DNA from: Escherichia coli
Lineage (GTDB): Bacteria > Pseudomonadota > Gammaproteobacteria > Enterobacterales > Enterobacteriaceae
Assembly: GCF_030013205.1 (NCBI RefSeq)
Contig: NZ_CP122648.1
Length of the DNA: 64,000 nt
Direction: 5' to 3' (one strand)
Position numbers and translations under genes: made by a program. Position 1 is the first letter of the stretch. Every line of letters begins with the position of its first letter. Below the pieces are notes generated by a model. That model ran no database searches. It was given only the letters and a program-made list of their open reading frames with translations, and was not told the origin of the DNA. This document shows, one piece after another, positions 1-11,035 of this stretch.

Positions 1-297
1 CAAAGCGGCGCGCGTCTGGGGCTGGATGAAGGCAAAGAAGTGTTGATATTGCTAAAAGCGCCGTGGGTAGGCATTACTCAGGACGAAGCTGTCGCACAAA
101 ACGCCGACAACCAATTACCGGGTATTATTAGTCATATTGAGCGCGGCGCAGAGCAGTGCGAAGTATTAATGGCGCTACCCGACGGGCAAACACTGTGCGC
201 CACAGTGCCGGTAAATGAAGCGACTTCTCTTCAGCAAGGACAGAATGTCACGGCCTACTTTAATGCCGACAGCGTGATTATCGCCACGCTGTGCTAA
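1..297 (+). CDS. modE: Molybdate-responsive regulator ModE, C-terminal part (5' end lies outside window)
   Basis: Frame-1 ORF open from window start to stop at 297; translation resembles the C-terminal Mop domain of ModE; located immediately upstream of modF as in K-12. Confidence 0.75.
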   Translation, partial: QSGARLGLDEGKEVLILLKAPWVGITQDEAVAQNADNQLPGIISHIERGAEQCEVLMALPDGQTLCATVPVNEATSLQQGQNVTAYFNADSVIIATLC

Positions 298-364
298 GCG
301 TGTTGACAATTTGTTATGAAACACGTATCCCTGTCAGTAATCGCTGCACAAAATGGGATATAAA

Positions 365-1837
365 ATGTCATCGTTGCAAATTTTGCAAGGCACGTTTCGT
401 CTTAGCGACACAAAAACGCTGCAATTGCCTCAGCTAACGTTAAACGCGGGTGATAGTTGGGCGTTTGTCGGTTCGAATGGAAGCGGGAAATCGGCCCTGG
501 CCCGTGCGCTGGCGGGGGAACTTCCGCTTTTGAAAGGTGAACGGCAAAGCCAGTTTTCCCACATCACTCGTCTCTCCTTCGAGCAATTGCAAAAGCTCGT
601 CAGCGACGAATGGCAGCGGAATAACACCGATATGCTCGGCCCTGGCGAAGATGACACCGGGCGTACCACGGCTGAAATCATTCAGGATGAAGTAAAGGAT
701 GCACCGCGTTGTATGCAACTGGCGCAGCAGTTCGGTATTACCGCCCTCCTCGACCGACGCTTTAAATACCTTTCCACTGGCGAGACGCGAAAAACCCTGC
801 TGTGTCAGGCGCTGATGTCGGAGCCTGACTTGTTGATTCTTGATGAGCCGTTCGATGGCCTGGATGTTGCCTCACGTCAGCAGCTGGCTGAGCTACTCGC
901 CTCGTTACATCAGTCCGGTATTACTCTGGTACTGGTGCTCAATCGCTTCGATGAGATCCCGGAATTTGTCCAGTTTGCTGGCGTGCTGGCGGATTGTACG
1001 TTAGCGGAAACGGGCGCTAAAGAGGAACTGCTCCAACAAGCACTCGTTGCGCAACTGGCGCATAGCGAACAGCTTGAAGGTGTACAACTGCCGGAGCCGG
1101 ATGAACCTTCAGCACGTCACGCCTTACCCGCCAACGAACCGCGCATTGTGCTGAACAACGGCGTGGTTTCTTATAATGATCGCCCCATTCTTAATAACCT
1201 TAGCTGGCAGGTGAATCCAGGTGAACACTGGCAAATTGTCGGGCCAAATGGCGCGGGAAAATCGACGTTATTAAGCCTGATTACTGGCGATCATCCGCAA
1301 GGTTACAGCAACGATTTGACGCTTTTCGGACGACGTCGCGGCAGCGGCGAAACCATCTGGGATATCAAAAAGCATATCGGTTACGTCAGCAGTAGTTTGC
1401 ATCTGGATTACCGGGTCAGTACTACTGTGCGTAATGTGATTCTTTCTGGCTATTTTGATTCGATTGGCATTTATCAGGCCGTTTCGGATCGCCAGCAAAA
1501 ACTGGTGCAGCAGTGGCTGGATATTCTCGGCATTGATAAACGCACGGCTGACGCTCCGTTCCATAGTCTTTCCTGGGGGCAACAACGCCTGGCGCTGATC
1601 GTCCGCGCGCTGGTGAAACATCCGACGTTGCTTATTCTCGATGAACCACTACAGGGGCTTGATCCGCTCAATCGCCAGCTTATCCGCCGGTTTGTTGATG
1701 TGCTGATTAGCGAAGGTGAAACGCAATTGTTGTTTGTTTCGCACCACGCTGAAGATGCGCCTGCCTGTATTACCCATCGTCTTGAGTTCGTGCCAGACGG
1801 CGGACTCTATCGCTATGTGCTGACAAAAATAAATTGA
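365..1837 (+). CDS. modF: ABC-type ATPase ModF (two nucleotide-binding domains)
   Basis: ORF 353..1837; start placed at MSSLQ (365) to match the recalled K-12 ModF N-terminus; two Walker A motifs (GSNGSGKS, GPNGAGKS). Confidence 0.9.
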   Translation: MSSLQILQGTFRLSDTKTLQLPQLTLNAGDSWAFVGSNGSGKSALARALAGELPLLKGERQSQFSHITRLSFEQLQKLVSDEWQRNNTDMLGPGEDDTGRTTAEIIQDEVKDAPRCMQLAQQFGITALLDRRFKYLSTGETRKTLLCQALMSEPDLLILDEPFDGLDVASRQQLAELLASLHQSGITLVLVLNRFDEIPEFVQFAGVLADCTLAETGAKEELLQQALVAQLAHSEQLEGVQLPEPDEPSARHALPANEPRIVLNNGVVSYNDRPILNNLSWQVNPGEHWQIVGPNGAGKSTLLSLITGDHPQGYSNDLTLFGRRRGSGETIWDIKKHIGYVSSSLHLDYRVSTTVRNVILSGYFDSIGIYQAVSDRQQKLVQQWLDILGIDKRTADAPFHSLSWGQQRLALIVRALVKHPTLLILDEPLQGLDPLNRQLIRRFVDVLISEGETQLLFVSHHAEDAPACITHRLEFVPDGGLYRYVLTKIN

Positions 1838-1894
1838 GTCGGTAGTGCTGACCGTGCCGGAGGCGGCCTAAGCGCCCTCTCCGGCCAACGGTTC

Positions 1895-1929
1895 GACGCA
1901 TCCAGGCATGAAACCGCGTCTTTTTTTTC
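1895..1929 (+). terminator. Putative intrinsic terminator downstream of modF
   Basis: Inverted repeat gacgc...gcgtc followed by a run of 8 T at 1921-1928; loop is long, so weak. Confidence 0.35.
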
Positions 1930-2004
1930 AGATAAAAAGCGCAATCATTCATAAACCCTCTGTTTTATAATCACTTAATCGCGCATAAAAAACGGCTAAA
2001 TTCT

Positions 2005-2068
2005 TGTGTAAACGATTCCACTAATTTATTCCATGTCACACTTTTCGCATCTTTGTTATGCTATGGTT
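2005..2068 (+). promoter_or_regulatory. gal operon control region: OE operator, CRP site, P2/P1 -10 elements
   Basis: GTGTAAACGATTCCAC (2005-2020) matches the GalR/GalS external operator; TAATTTATTCCATGTCACACTTTTCG CRP region; TATGCTATGGTTATTTCA -10 region upstream of galE ATG at 2100. Confidence 0.8.
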
Positions 2069-2099
2069 ATTTCATACCATAAGCCTAATGGAGCGAATT

Positions 2100-3116
2100 A
2101 TGAGAGTTCTGGTTACCGGTGGTAGCGGTTACATTGGAAGTCATACCTGTGTGCAATTACTGCAAAACGGTCATGATGTCATCATTCTTGATAACCTCTG
2201 TAACAGTAAGCGCAGCGTACTGCCCGTTATCGAGCGTTTAGGCGGCAAACATCCAACGTTTGTTGAAGGCGATATCCGTAACGAAGCGTTGATGACCGAG
2301 ATCCTGCACGATCACGCTATCGACACCGTGATCCACTTCGCCGGGCTGAAAGCCGTTGGCGAATCGGTACAAAAACCGCTGGAATATTACGACAACAATG
2401 TTAACGGCACCCTGCGCCTGATTAGCGCCATGCGCGCCGCGAACGTCAAAAACTTTATCTTTAGCTCCTCCGCCACCGTTTATGGCGATCAGCCCAAAAT
2501 TCCATACGTTGAAAGCTTCCCGACCGGCACACCGCAAAGCCCTTACGGCAAAAGCAAACTGATGGTTGAACAGATCCTCACCGATCTGCAAAAAGCCCAG
2601 CCGGACTGGAGCATTGCCCTGCTGCGCTACTTCAACCCGGTTGGCGCACATCCGTCGGGCGATATGGGCGAAGATCCGCAAGGCATTCCGAATAACCTGA
2701 TGCCATACATCGCCCAGGTTGCTGTAGGCCGTCGCGACTCGCTGGCGATTTTTGGTAACGATTATCCGACCGAAGACGGTACTGGCGTACGCGATTACAT
2801 CCACGTAATGGATCTGGCGGACGGTCACGTCGTGGCGATGGAGAAACTGGCGAACAAGCCAGGCGTACACATCTACAACCTCGGCGCTGGCGTAGGCAGC
2901 AGCGTGCTGGACGTGGTTAATGCCTTCAGCAAAGCCTGCGGCAAACCAGTTAACTATCATTTTGCACCGCGTCGCGAGGGCGACCTTCCGGCCTACTGGG
3001 CGGACGCCAGCAAAGCCGACCGTGAACTGAACTGGCGCGTGACGCGCACACTCGATGAAATGGCGCAGGACACCTGGCACTGGCAGTCACGCCATCCACA
3101 GGGATATCCCGATTAA
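2100..3116 (+). CDS. galE: UDP-glucose 4-epimerase
   Basis: ORF 2058..3116; start at MRVLVTGGSGYIGSH (Rossmann NAD motif) at 2100. Confidence 0.95.
   Translation: MRVLVTGGSGYIGSHTCVQLLQNGHDVIILDNLCNSKRSVLPVIERLGGKHPTFVEGDIRNEALMTEILHDHAIDTVIHFAGLKAVGESVQKPLEYYDNNVNGTLRLISAMRAANVKNFIFSSSATVYGDQPKIPYVESFPTGTPQSPYGKSKLMVEQILTDLQKAQPDWSIALLRYFNPVGAHPSGDMGEDPQGIPNNLMPYIAQVAVGRRDSLAIFGNDYPTEDGTGVRDYIHVMDLADGHVVAMEKLANKPGVHIYNLGAGVGSSVLDVVNAFSKACGKPVNYHFAPRREGDLPAYWADASKADRELNWRVTRTLDEMAQDTWHWQSRHPQGYPD
2119..2134 (+). promoter_or_regulatory. gal internal operator OI inside galE 5' coding region
   Basis: GTGGTAGCGGTTACAT at 2119-2134, about 114 bp from OE as expected for the GalR DNA loop. Confidence 0.7.
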
Positions 3117-3125
3117 GGAACGACC

Positions 3126-4172
3126 ATGACGCAATTTAATCCCGTTGATCATCCACATCGCCGCTACAACCCGCTCACCGGGCAATGGATTCTGGTTTCA
3201 CCGCACCGCGCTAAGCGCCCCTGGCAGGGGGCGCAGGAAACGCCAGCCAAACAGGTGTTACCTGCGCACGATCCAGATTGCTTCCTCTGCGCAGGTAATG
3301 TGCGGGTGACAGGCGATAAAAACCCCGATTACACCGGGACTTACGTTTTCACTAATGACTTTGCGGCCTTGATGTCTGACACGCCAGATGCGCCAGAAAG
3401 CAACGATCCGCTGATGCGTTGCCAGAGCGCGCGCGGTACCAGCCGGGTGATCTGCTTTTCACCGGATCACAGTAAAACGTTGCCAGAACTCAGCGTTGCG
3501 GCATTGACGGAAATCGTCAAAACCTGGCAGGAGCAAACCGCAGAACTGGGGAAAACATACCCATGGGTGCAGGTCTTTGAAAACAAAGGTGCGGCGATGG
3601 GCTGCTCTAACCCGCATCCGCACGGACAGATTTGGGCAAATAGCTTCCTGCCTAACGAAGCTGAGCGCGAAGACCGCCTGCAAAAAGAATATTTTGCCGA
3701 ACAGAAATCACCAATGCTGGTGGATTATGTTCAGCGCGAGCTGGCAGACGGTAGCCGTACCGTTGTCGAAACCGAACACTGGTTAGCCGTCGTGCCTTAC
3801 TGGGCTGCCTGGCCGTTCGAAACGCTACTGCTGCCCAAAGCCCACGTTTTACGGATCACCGATTTGACCGACGCCCAGCGCAGCGATTTGGCACTGGCGT
3901 TGAAAAAGCTGACCAGTCGTTATGACAACCTCTTCCAGTGCTCCTTCCCCTACTCTATGGGCTGGCACGGCGCGCCATTTAATGGCGAAGAGAATCAACA
4001 CTGGCAGCTGCACGCGCACTTTTATCCGCCTCTGTTGCGCTCCGCCACCGTACGTAAATTTATGGTTGGTTATGAAATGCTGGCAGAGACCCAGCGAGAC
4101 CTGACCGCAGAACAGGCAGCAGAGCGTTTGCGCGCAGTCAGCGATATCCATTTTCGCGAATCCGGAGTGTAA
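3126..4172 (+). CDS. galT: Galactose-1-phosphate uridylyltransferase
   Basis: 348-aa ORF with HPH active-site motif (CSNPHPHGQ); matches recalled GalT. Confidence 0.95.
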   Translation: MTQFNPVDHPHRRYNPLTGQWILVSPHRAKRPWQGAQETPAKQVLPAHDPDCFLCAGNVRVTGDKNPDYTGTYVFTNDFAALMSDTPDAPESNDPLMRCQSARGTSRVICFSPDHSKTLPELSVAALTEIVKTWQEQTAELGKTYPWVQVFENKGAAMGCSNPHPHGQIWANSFLPNEAEREDRLQKEYFAEQKSPMLVDYVQRELADGSRTVVETEHWLAVVPYWAAWPFETLLLPKAHVLRITDLTDAQRSDLALALKKLTSRYDNLFQCSFPYSMGWHGAPFNGEENQHWQLHAHFYPPLLRSATVRKFMVGYEMLAETQRDLTAEQAAERLRAVSDIHFRESGV

Positions 4173-4175
4173 GAA

Positions 4176-5324
4176 ATGAGTCTGAAAGAAAAAACACAAT
4201 CTCTGTTTGCCAACGCATTTGGCTACCCTGCCACTCACACCATTCAGGCGCCTGGCCGCGTGAATTTGATTGGTGAACACACCGACTACAACGACGGTTT
4301 CGTTCTGCCCTGCGCGATTGATTATCAAACCGTGATCAGTTGTGCACCACGCGATGACCGTAAAGTTCGCGTGATGGCAGCCGATTATGAAAATCAGCTC
4401 GACGAGTTTTCCCTCGATGCGCCCATTGTCGCGCATGAAAGCTATCAATGGGCTAACTACGTTCGTGGCGTGGTGAAACATCTGCAACTGCGTAACAACA
4501 GCTTCGGCGGCGTGGACATGGTGATTAGCGGCAACGTGCCGCAGGGTGCCGGGTTAAGTTCTTCCGCTTCACTGGAAGTCGCGGTCGGAACCGTATTGCA
4601 GCAGCTTTATCATCTGCCGCTGGACGGCGCACAAATCGCGCTTAACGGCCAGGAAGCAGAAAACCAGTTTGTTGGCTGTAACTGCGGGATCATGGATCAG
4701 CTAATTTCCGCACTCGGCAAGAAAGATCATGCCTTGCTGATTGACTGCCGCTCACTGGGGACTAAAGCAGTTTCCATGCCGAAAGGTGTGGCTGTCGTCA
4801 TCATTAACAGTAACTTCAAACGTACCCTGGTTGGCAGCGAATACAACACCCGTCGTGAACAGTGCGAAACTGGTGCGCGTTTCTTCCAGCAGCCAGCGCT
4901 GCGCGATGTCACCATTGAAGAGTTCAACGCTGTTGCGCATGAACTGGACCCAATCGTGGCAAAACGCGTGCGTCATATCCTGACTGAAAACGCCCGCACC
5001 GTTGAAGCTGCCAGCGCGCTGGAGCAAGGCGACCTGAAACGTATGGGCGAGTTGATGGCGGAGTCTCATACCTCTATGCGCGATGATTTCGAAATCACCG
5101 TGCCGCAAATTGACACTCTGGTAGAAATCGTCAAAGCTGTGATTGGCGACAAAGGTGGCGTACGCATGACCGGCGGCGGATTTGGCGGCTGTATCGTCGC
5201 GCTGATCCCGGAAGAGCTGGTGCCTGCCGTACAGCAAGCTGTCGCTGAACAATATGAAGCAAAAACAGGTATTAAAGAGACTTTTTACGTTTGTAAACCA
5301 TCACAAGGAGCAGGACAGTGCTGA
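4176..5324 (+). CDS. galK: Galactokinase
   Basis: 382-aa ORF, GHMP kinase motifs ([11 protein letters not shown]); 3-nt gap after galT. Confidence 0.95.
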   Translation: MSLKEKTQSLFANAFGYPATHTIQAPGRVNLIGEHTDYNDGFVLPCAIDYQTVISCAPRDDRKVRVMAADYENQLDEFSLDAPIVAHESYQWANYVRGVVKHLQLRNNSFGGVDMVISGNVPQGAGLSSSASLEVAVGTVLQQLYHLPLDGAQIALNGQEAENQFVGCNCGIMDQLISALGKKDHALLIDCRSLGTKAVSMPKGVAVVIINSNFKRTLVGSEYNTRREQCETGARFFQQPALRDVTIEEFNAVAHELDPIVAKRVRHILTENARTVEAASALEQGDLKRMGELMAESHTSMRDDFEITVPQIDTLVEIVKAVIGDKGGVRMTGGGFGGCIVALIPEELVPAVQQAVAEQYEAKTGIKETFYVCKPSQGAGQC

Positions 5325-6358
5325 ACGAAACTCCCGCACTGGCACCCGATGGTCAGCCGTACCGACTGTTAACTTTGCGTAACAACGCAGGGATGGTAGT
5401 CACGCTGATGGACTGGGGTGCGACTTTACTTTCAGCCCGTATTCCGCTTTCCGATGGCAGCGTCCGCGAGGCGCTGCTTGGCTGCGCCAGCCCGGAATGC
5501 TATCAGGATCAGGCCGCGTTTCTGGGGGCCTCTATTGGTCGTTATGCCAACCGCATCGCCAATAGCCGTTATACCTTTGACGGTGAAACCGTGACGCTTT
5601 CGCCAAGCCAGGGCGTTAACCAGCTGCACGGCGGCCCGGAAGGGTTCGACAAACGTCGCTGGCAGATTGTGAACCAGAATGATCGTCAGGTGCTATTTGC
5701 CCTGAGTTCAGATGATGGCGATCAGGGCTTCCCGGGTAATCTCGGCGCGACGGTGCAATATCGTCTGACCGACGATAACCGTATCTCCATTACTTATCGC
5801 GCCACAGTTGATAAACCTTGCCCGGTGAATATGACTAATCACGTCTATTTCAATCTTGACGGCGAGCAGTCTGACGTGCGCAATCACAAGTTGCAGATTC
5901 TGGCGGACGAATATCTGCCGGTTGATGAAGGCGGCATTCCGCACGACGGCCTAAAATCTGTCGCTGGAACGTCTTTTGATTTCCGCAGCGCCAAAATCAT
6001 CGCCAGTGAGTTTCTTGCCGACGACGATCAGCGCAAAGTGAAAGGTTACGATCACGCGTTCTTGTTACAGGCCAAAGGCGATGGCAAGAAAGTGGCGGCG
6101 CATGTCTGGTCAGCAGATGAAAAATTGCAGCTGAAGGTCTACACCACCGCTCCGGCTCTGCAATTCTACTCCGGCAACTACCTCGGCGGCACACCGTCGC
6201 GGGGAACCGAACCTTACGCCGACTGGCAAGGGCTGGCGTTGGAAAGCGAGTTTCTGCCGGACAGCCCGAACCACCCTGAATGGCCGCAACCGGACTGCTT
6301 CCTGCGTCCTGGCGAAGAGTATTCCAGCCTGACGGAATATCAGTTTATTGCTGAGTAA
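5318..6358 (+). CDS. galM: Aldose 1-epimerase (galactose mutarotase)
   Basis: 346-aa ORF overlapping galK end by 7 nt; matches GalM. Confidence 0.95.
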   Translation: MLNETPALAPDGQPYRLLTLRNNAGMVVTLMDWGATLLSARIPLSDGSVREALLGCASPECYQDQAAFLGASIGRYANRIANSRYTFDGETVTLSPSQGVNQLHGGPEGFDKRRWQIVNQNDRQVLFALSSDDGDQGFPGNLGATVQYRLTDDNRISITYRATVDKPCPVNMTNHVYFNLDGEQSDVRNHKLQILADEYLPVDEGGIPHDGLKSVAGTSFDFRSAKIIASEFLADDDQRKVKGYDHAFLLQAKGDGKKVAAHVWSADEKLQLKVYTTAPALQFYSGNYLGGTPSRGTEPYADWQGLALESEFLPDSPNHPEWPQPDCFLRPGEEYSSLTEYQFIAE

Positions 6359-6363
6359 TGTTA

Positions 6364-6390
6364 AGCCCTCGTCATGAGGGCTTTATCTTC
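6364..6390 (+). terminator. Putative intrinsic terminator after galM
   Basis: Hairpin agccctc-gtca-tgagggct (6364-6382) followed by a T-rich stretch. Confidence 0.5.
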
Positions 6391-6560
6391 ATATTGTTCA
6401 AATCACCAGCAAACACCGACATATTTGCAACTCAATATTCACAACAACCTTACACTGCGACACTATTTTCGCTATGGTTATGCGTAAGCATTGCTGTTGC
6501 TTCGTCACGGCAATATAATGAGAATTATTATCATTAAAAGATGATTTGAGGAGTAAGTAT

Positions 6561-7313
6561 ATGGCTGTAACTAAGCTGGTTCTGGTTCGTCATGGCGAAA
6601 GTCAGTGGAACAAAGAAAACCGTTTCACCGGTTGGTACGACGTGGATCTGTCTGAGAAAGGCGTAAGCGAAGCAAAAGCAGCAGGTAAGCTGCTGAAAGA
6701 GGAAGGTTACAGCTTTGACTTTGCTTACACCTCTGTGCTGAAACGCGCTATCCATACCCTGTGGAATGTGCTGGACGAACTGGATCAGGCATGGCTGCCC
6801 GTTGAGAAATCCTGGAAACTGAACGAACGTCACTATGGTGCGTTGCAGGGTCTGAACAAAGCAGAAACCGCTGAAAAGTATGGCGACGAGCAGGTGAAAC
6901 AGTGGCGTCGTGGTTTTGCAGTGACTCCGCCGGAACTGACTAAAGATGATGAGCGTTATCCGGGTCACGATCCACGTTACGCGAAGCTGAGCGAGAAAGA
7001 ACTGCCACTGACGGAAAGCCTGGCGCTGACCATTGACCGCGTGATCCCTTACTGGAATGAAACCATTCTGCCGCGTATGAAGAGCGGTGAGCGCGTAATC
7101 ATCGCCGCACACGGTAACTCGTTACGTGCGCTGGTGAAATATCTCGATAACATGAGCGAAGAAGAGATTCTTGAGCTGAATATCCCGACTGGTGTGCCAC
7201 TGGTGTATGAGTTCGACGAGAATTTCAAACCGTTGAAACGCTATTATCTGGGTAATGCTGACGAGATCGCGGCGAAAGCAGCGGCCGTTGCGAACCAGGG
7301 TAAAGCGAAGTAA
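6561..7313 (+). CDS. gpmA: 2,3-bisphosphoglycerate-dependent phosphoglycerate mutase
   Basis: ORF 6546..7313; start at [17 protein letters not shown] (6561) with GAGGAG RBS at 6548-6553; catalytic RHG motif. Confidence 0.95.
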
Positions 7314-7337
7314 ACGTCATTCGCTTAAAAATGAGAA

Positions 7338-7366
7338 AGCCGACTGCAAGTGAGTCGGCTTTTTTG
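7338..7366 (+). terminator. Intrinsic terminator after gpmA
   Basis: Stem agccgact / agtcggct (7338-7345 / 7353-7360) followed by TTTTTT. Confidence 0.7.
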
Positions 7367-7478
7367 TTTGTCGTTGCTAACAATGGAGCACATTGCCTGA
7401 TGCGACGCTGCGCGTCTTGTCAGGGCTACGGTGATTCATCGGATACGCCACTCTGACGGCGCATCCGACAATTAAACC

Positions 7479-8531
7479 TTACCCGCGACGCGCTTTTACT
7501 GCATTCGCCAGTTGACGTAACAGAGCATCGGTATCTTCCCAGCCGATGCAGGCATCAGTGATGCTCTTGCCATAGGCCAGCGGTTCCCCACTCTCGAGGC
7601 TCTGATTGCCTTCCACCAGATGGCTTTCCACCATCACGCCAATAATGGCCTTTTCGCCACCGGCAATCTGCTGGCAAACGTCAGCACAAACATCCATCTG
7701 CTTTTTGAATTGTTTTGACGAGTTAGCATGGCTGAAATCGATCATCACCTGTGCTGGCAGGCCTGCTTTGTTCAGCCCTTCTTTCACTTCAGCAACGTGC
7801 TTCGCGCTGTAGTTAGGCTCTTTACCACCGCGCAGAATGATATGGCAATCGCCGTTACCGCTGGTATTCACAATCGCCGAATGCCCCCATTTCGTTACGG
7901 ACAGGAAGCAGTGCGGCGCACCGGCGGCATTAATGGCATCGATAGCCACTTTAATCGTACCGTCGGTGCCATTTTTGAAGCCGACCGGACAAGAAAGACC
8001 AGACGCCAGTTCGCGGTGCACCTGCGATTCCGTAGTACGTGCGCCAATTGCCCCCCAACTCATCAGGTCCGCGAGATATTGTGGGGTGATCATATCGAGA
8101 AATTCACCCGCTGCTGGCAAACCGCTGTCGTTAATATCAAGCAGCAATTTACGGGCAATACGCAGACCGTCGTTGATCTGGAAGCTGTTATCCATATGCG
8201 GATCATTAATCAGCCCTTTCCAGCCCACCGTTGTACGCGGCTTTTCAAAATAGACGCGCATTACGATTTCCAGCTCATCTTTCAGCTCTTCACGCATCGT
8301 CAGCAAGCGAGTGGCATACTCTTTTGCTGCGACAGGATCATGAATTGAGCATGGGCCAATCACCACCAGCAGGCGATCATCATTACCTTTCAGGATCTTA
8401 TGGATCGCTTTTCGGGCATGGGCAACCGTATTCGCGGCATTTTCAGTAGCGGGGAATTTTTCCAGCAATGCGACAGGAGGAAGTAACTCTTTGATTTCTT
8501 TGATGCGTAAATCGTCGTTCTGATAATTCAT
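7479..8531 (-). CDS. aroG: Phe-sensitive DAHP synthase
   Basis: 350-aa ORF matching recalled AroG (MNYQNDDLRIKEIKELLPP...). Confidence 0.95.
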   Translation of the reverse strand: MNYQNDDLRIKEIKELLPPVALLEKFPATENAANTVAHARKAIHKILKGNDDRLLVVIGPCSIHDPVAAKEYATRLLTMREELKDELEIVMRVYFEKPRTTVGWKGLINDPHMDNSFQINDGLRIARKLLLDINDSGLPAAGEFLDMITPQYLADLMSWGAIGARTTESQVHRELASGLSCPVGFKNGTDGTIKVAIDAINAAGAPHCFLSVTKWGHSAIVNTSGNGDCHIILRGGKEPNYSAKHVAEVKEGLNKAGLPAQVMIDFSHANSSKQFKKQMDVCADVCQQIAGGEKAIIGVMVESHLVEGNQSLESGEPLAYGKSITDACIGWEDTDALLRQLANAVKARRG

Positions 8532-8601
8532 GTCTGTTCCAGTGTTGCCATACTTATCTTAGTGAATGCAATACTTCCAATCTATATCTTCCGTCAGAAT
8601 G

Positions 8602-8619
8602 TGTAAACGGGGTTTTACA
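8602..8619. promoter_or_regulatory. TyrR box upstream of aroG
   Basis: TGTAAA-cggggt-TTTACA, a perfect match to the TyrR consensus TGTAAA-N6-TTTACA, about 70 bp upstream of the aroG start. Confidence 0.7.
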
Positions 8620-8846
8620 CTATGAACGGATTAATCCTGGAATTAGCAAGAAAAACGCCAGATTGTCGCGAAAAACGAGATCTCTCCTACAATTTCTAAC
8701 TGTAACTCCTTTGTTTGTTAATTATTTCAAGATTCTCTGCTGGGTATCTTTGCCTGGCTGAAATCTTAAACCATTGCCTTATATTCACCTGCAAATGCAC
8801 TGTTGGAAGAGGTTATCCGACATAACGACCATAACAGGAGCATCCT

Positions 8847-9227
8847 ATGAAAATGACAAAACTGGCCACACTATTTTTGACTACCACTCTAAGCCTTGCC
8901 AGCGGTGCCGCACTGGCTGCCGATAGCGGAGCGCAAAGCAATAACGGCCAGGCAAACGCCGCAGCTGATGCGGGCCAGATAGCCCCTGATGCCCGTGAAA
9001 ATGTCGCGCCAAATAACGTCGACAATAACGGGGTAAATACCGGTTCTGGCGGCACAATGCTGCATCCGGATGGTTCTTCAATGAACAATGACGGCATGAC
9101 CAAAGATGAAGAGCACAAGAACACCATGTGCAAAGATGGTCGCTGCCCGGATATCAATAAAAAAGTCCAAACCGGTGATGGCATCAACAATGATGTCGAT
9201 ACCAAAACCGACGGTACCACGCAGTAA
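8847..9227 (+). CDS. ybgS: Small secreted/periplasmic protein YbgS (signal peptide, Asn/Gly/Asp-rich)
   Basis: 126-aa ORF with N-terminal signal peptide (...[11 protein letters not shown]); position between aroG and zitB as in K-12. Confidence 0.8.
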   Translation: MKMTKLATLFLTTTLSLASGAALAADSGAQSNNGQANAAADAGQIAPDARENVAPNNVDNNGVNTGSGGTMLHPDGSSMNNDGMTKDEEHKNTMCKDGRCPDINKKVQTGDGINNDVDTKTDGTTQ

Positions 9228-9248
9228 CCCTGCGAAATAGCCAATAAT

Positions 9249-9279
9249 GGGAGAGCGGAGTCTCTCCCTTTTAATTTTT
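9249..9279 (+). terminator. Intrinsic terminator after ybgS
   Basis: Stem gggagag / ctctccc followed by ttttaattttt. Confidence 0.6.
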
Positions 9280-9340
9280 CCCTTCTAAAAGCAGTATGAT
9301 GTCATAAAGTTAAGTGAGAATAATTAAGGGATGACTCGTC

Positions 9341-10282
9341 ATGGCGCACTCACACTCACACACTTCCTCACACCTGCCAGAAGATAATAATGCTCGTCGC
9401 TTGTTGTATGCTTTCGGCGTGACTGCCGGGTTTATGCTCGTAGAAGTCATTGGTGGTTTTCTTTCCGGTTCTCTGGCATTGCTGGCCGATGCGGGTCATA
9501 TGTTGACCGATACTGCCGCCCTGCTTTTCGCCCTACTCGCAGTGCAATTTTCCCGTCGTCCTCCCACCATTCGCCACACTTTCGGTTGGCTAAGATTGAC
9601 CACGCTCGCGGCGTTTGTGAATGCCATCGCCCTGGTGGTGATTACTATTTTGATTGTCTGGGAGGCGATAGAACGCTTCCGCACTCCGCGTCCGGTCGAG
9701 GGCGGCATGATGATGGCAATTGCCGTGGCTGGGCTGCTGGCAAATATACTTTCTTTCTGGTTACTTCATCACGGCAGCGAAGAGAAAAACCTCAACGTGC
9801 GAGCAGCGGCACTGCATGTGCTCGGGGACCTGCTGGGTTCGGTTGGGGCTATTATTGCCGCGTTGATTATTATCTGGACCGGCTGGACACCTGCTGACCC
9901 CATTCTCTCAATACTGGTGTCGCTTCTGGTTCTGCGTAGCGCGTGGCGACTGTTGAAAGATAGCGTGAATGAATTACTTGAAGGTGCACCGGTATCGCTG
10001 GATATCGCCGAACTGAAGCGTCGTATGTGCCGGGAAATCCCGGAAGTCCGCAATGTGCACCATGTACATGTATGGATGGTAGGCGAGAAGCCGGTGATGA
10101 CGCTGCATGTGCAGGTGATCCCGCCACACGATCACGATGCCTTGTTAGATCAGATCCAACACTACCTGATGGATCACTATCAGATTGAGCACGCCACTAT
10201 TCAGATGGAATATCAACCTTGTCATGGGCCAGACTGCCACCTGAATGAAGGGGTGTCTGGCCATTCACATCATCACCATTAA
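9341..10282 (+). CDS. zitB: Cation-diffusion-facilitator zinc efflux transporter
   Basis: 313-aa ORF, His-rich N and C termini (HSHSH..., GHSHHHH), six-TM CDF architecture. Confidence 0.9.
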   Translation: MAHSHSHTSSHLPEDNNARRLLYAFGVTAGFMLVEVIGGFLSGSLALLADAGHMLTDTAALLFALLAVQFSRRPPTIRHTFGWLRLTTLAAFVNAIALVVITILIVWEAIERFRTPRPVEGGMMMAIAVAGLLANILSFWLLHHGSEEKNLNVRAAALHVLGDLLGSVGAIIAALIIIWTGWTPADPILSILVSLLVLRSAWRLLKDSVNELLEGAPVSLDIAELKRRMCREIPEVRNVHHVHVWMVGEKPVMTLHVQVIPPHDHDALLDQIQHYLMDHYQIEHATIQMEYQPCHGPDCHLNEGVSGHSHHHH

Positions 10283-10998
10283 TGGGACAGCGCGCGTGAA
10301 CCTCTTTCGCGTGCGCTGTTGATCCACATCCGGCTGCCGTTGAGGGCAATAAAGGTCAGGATGATGTACTCCAGAGACATGGCGTAAACGCCCTGAAGTG
10401 CAAAAATAACGACGCTAATCACGTTAATAATCACCCACAACAGCCAGTTTTCCACATACTTACGCGTCATCAGAATCATTGCCACGATAGATAACACCAT
10501 CATGCATGAATCCCAGAACGGGAAAGCGTCCGGTTGCAGTTCAGGCATCACAACCTGTAATCCTAATGCTTGCATGATCATGACTGCCACGCGGGTCAAA
10601 AATGCAAACACCGGATTGATAAATACCGTCATCAGACCAATCGAAACAACGCAAACCGCCAACCAGCTTAGCGCCTTCGGCAATGGCAACCAGCGAATTT
10701 TCAACTCCGCCTCGTTCTGACTGGTTTGTCGCGACCACGCATACCAACCGTAAATATTCGCGGCAAAGAAAAACACCTGTAATAGCAGGCTGGCATACAG
10801 CTGAATCTGAAAGAAAATAATGCCAAACAAGGTGACGTTGATCAGGCCAAAGAAGTAGTTGCTGATCTTCTCCAGACTGGCAAGGCCAATACACAGCAAC
10901 CCGGCGATCGTGCCTACCGCTTCGATCCATGAGAGATCATAACCGCCTGCTCCTATTGGTATATGTACCAGGATATTCTGCACACTAAAAAAATCCAT
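10279..10998 (-). CDS. pnuC: Nicotinamide riboside transporter PnuC
   Basis: 239-aa membrane-protein ORF immediately downstream of nadA on the same strand; stop codon overlaps the zitB stop (convergent). Confidence 0.9.
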   Translation of the reverse strand: MDFFSVQNILVHIPIGAGGYDLSWIEAVGTIAGLLCIGLASLEKISNYFFGLINVTLFGIIFFQIQLYASLLLQVFFFAANIYGWYAWSRQTSQNEAELKIRWLPLPKALSWLAVCVVSIGLMTVFINPVFAFLTRVAVMIMQALGLQVVMPELQPDAFPFWDSCMMVLSIVAMILMTRKYVENWLLWVIINVISVVIFALQGVYAMSLEYIILTFIALNGSRMWINSARERGSRALSH

Positions 10999-11035
10999 CT
11001 TTCCCCCAAAGCGTAACGTTACGCCTTATTATTCG

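Noticed and set aside
2238-3080. 280-aa ORF antisense to galE
   Set aside because: galE on the + strand is unambiguous; antisense frame is spurious.
10279-10282. Overlapping convergent stop codons of zitB and pnuC
   Set aside because: Simple 4-nt convergent overlap, expected for these adjacent core genes; no evidence of functional significance.
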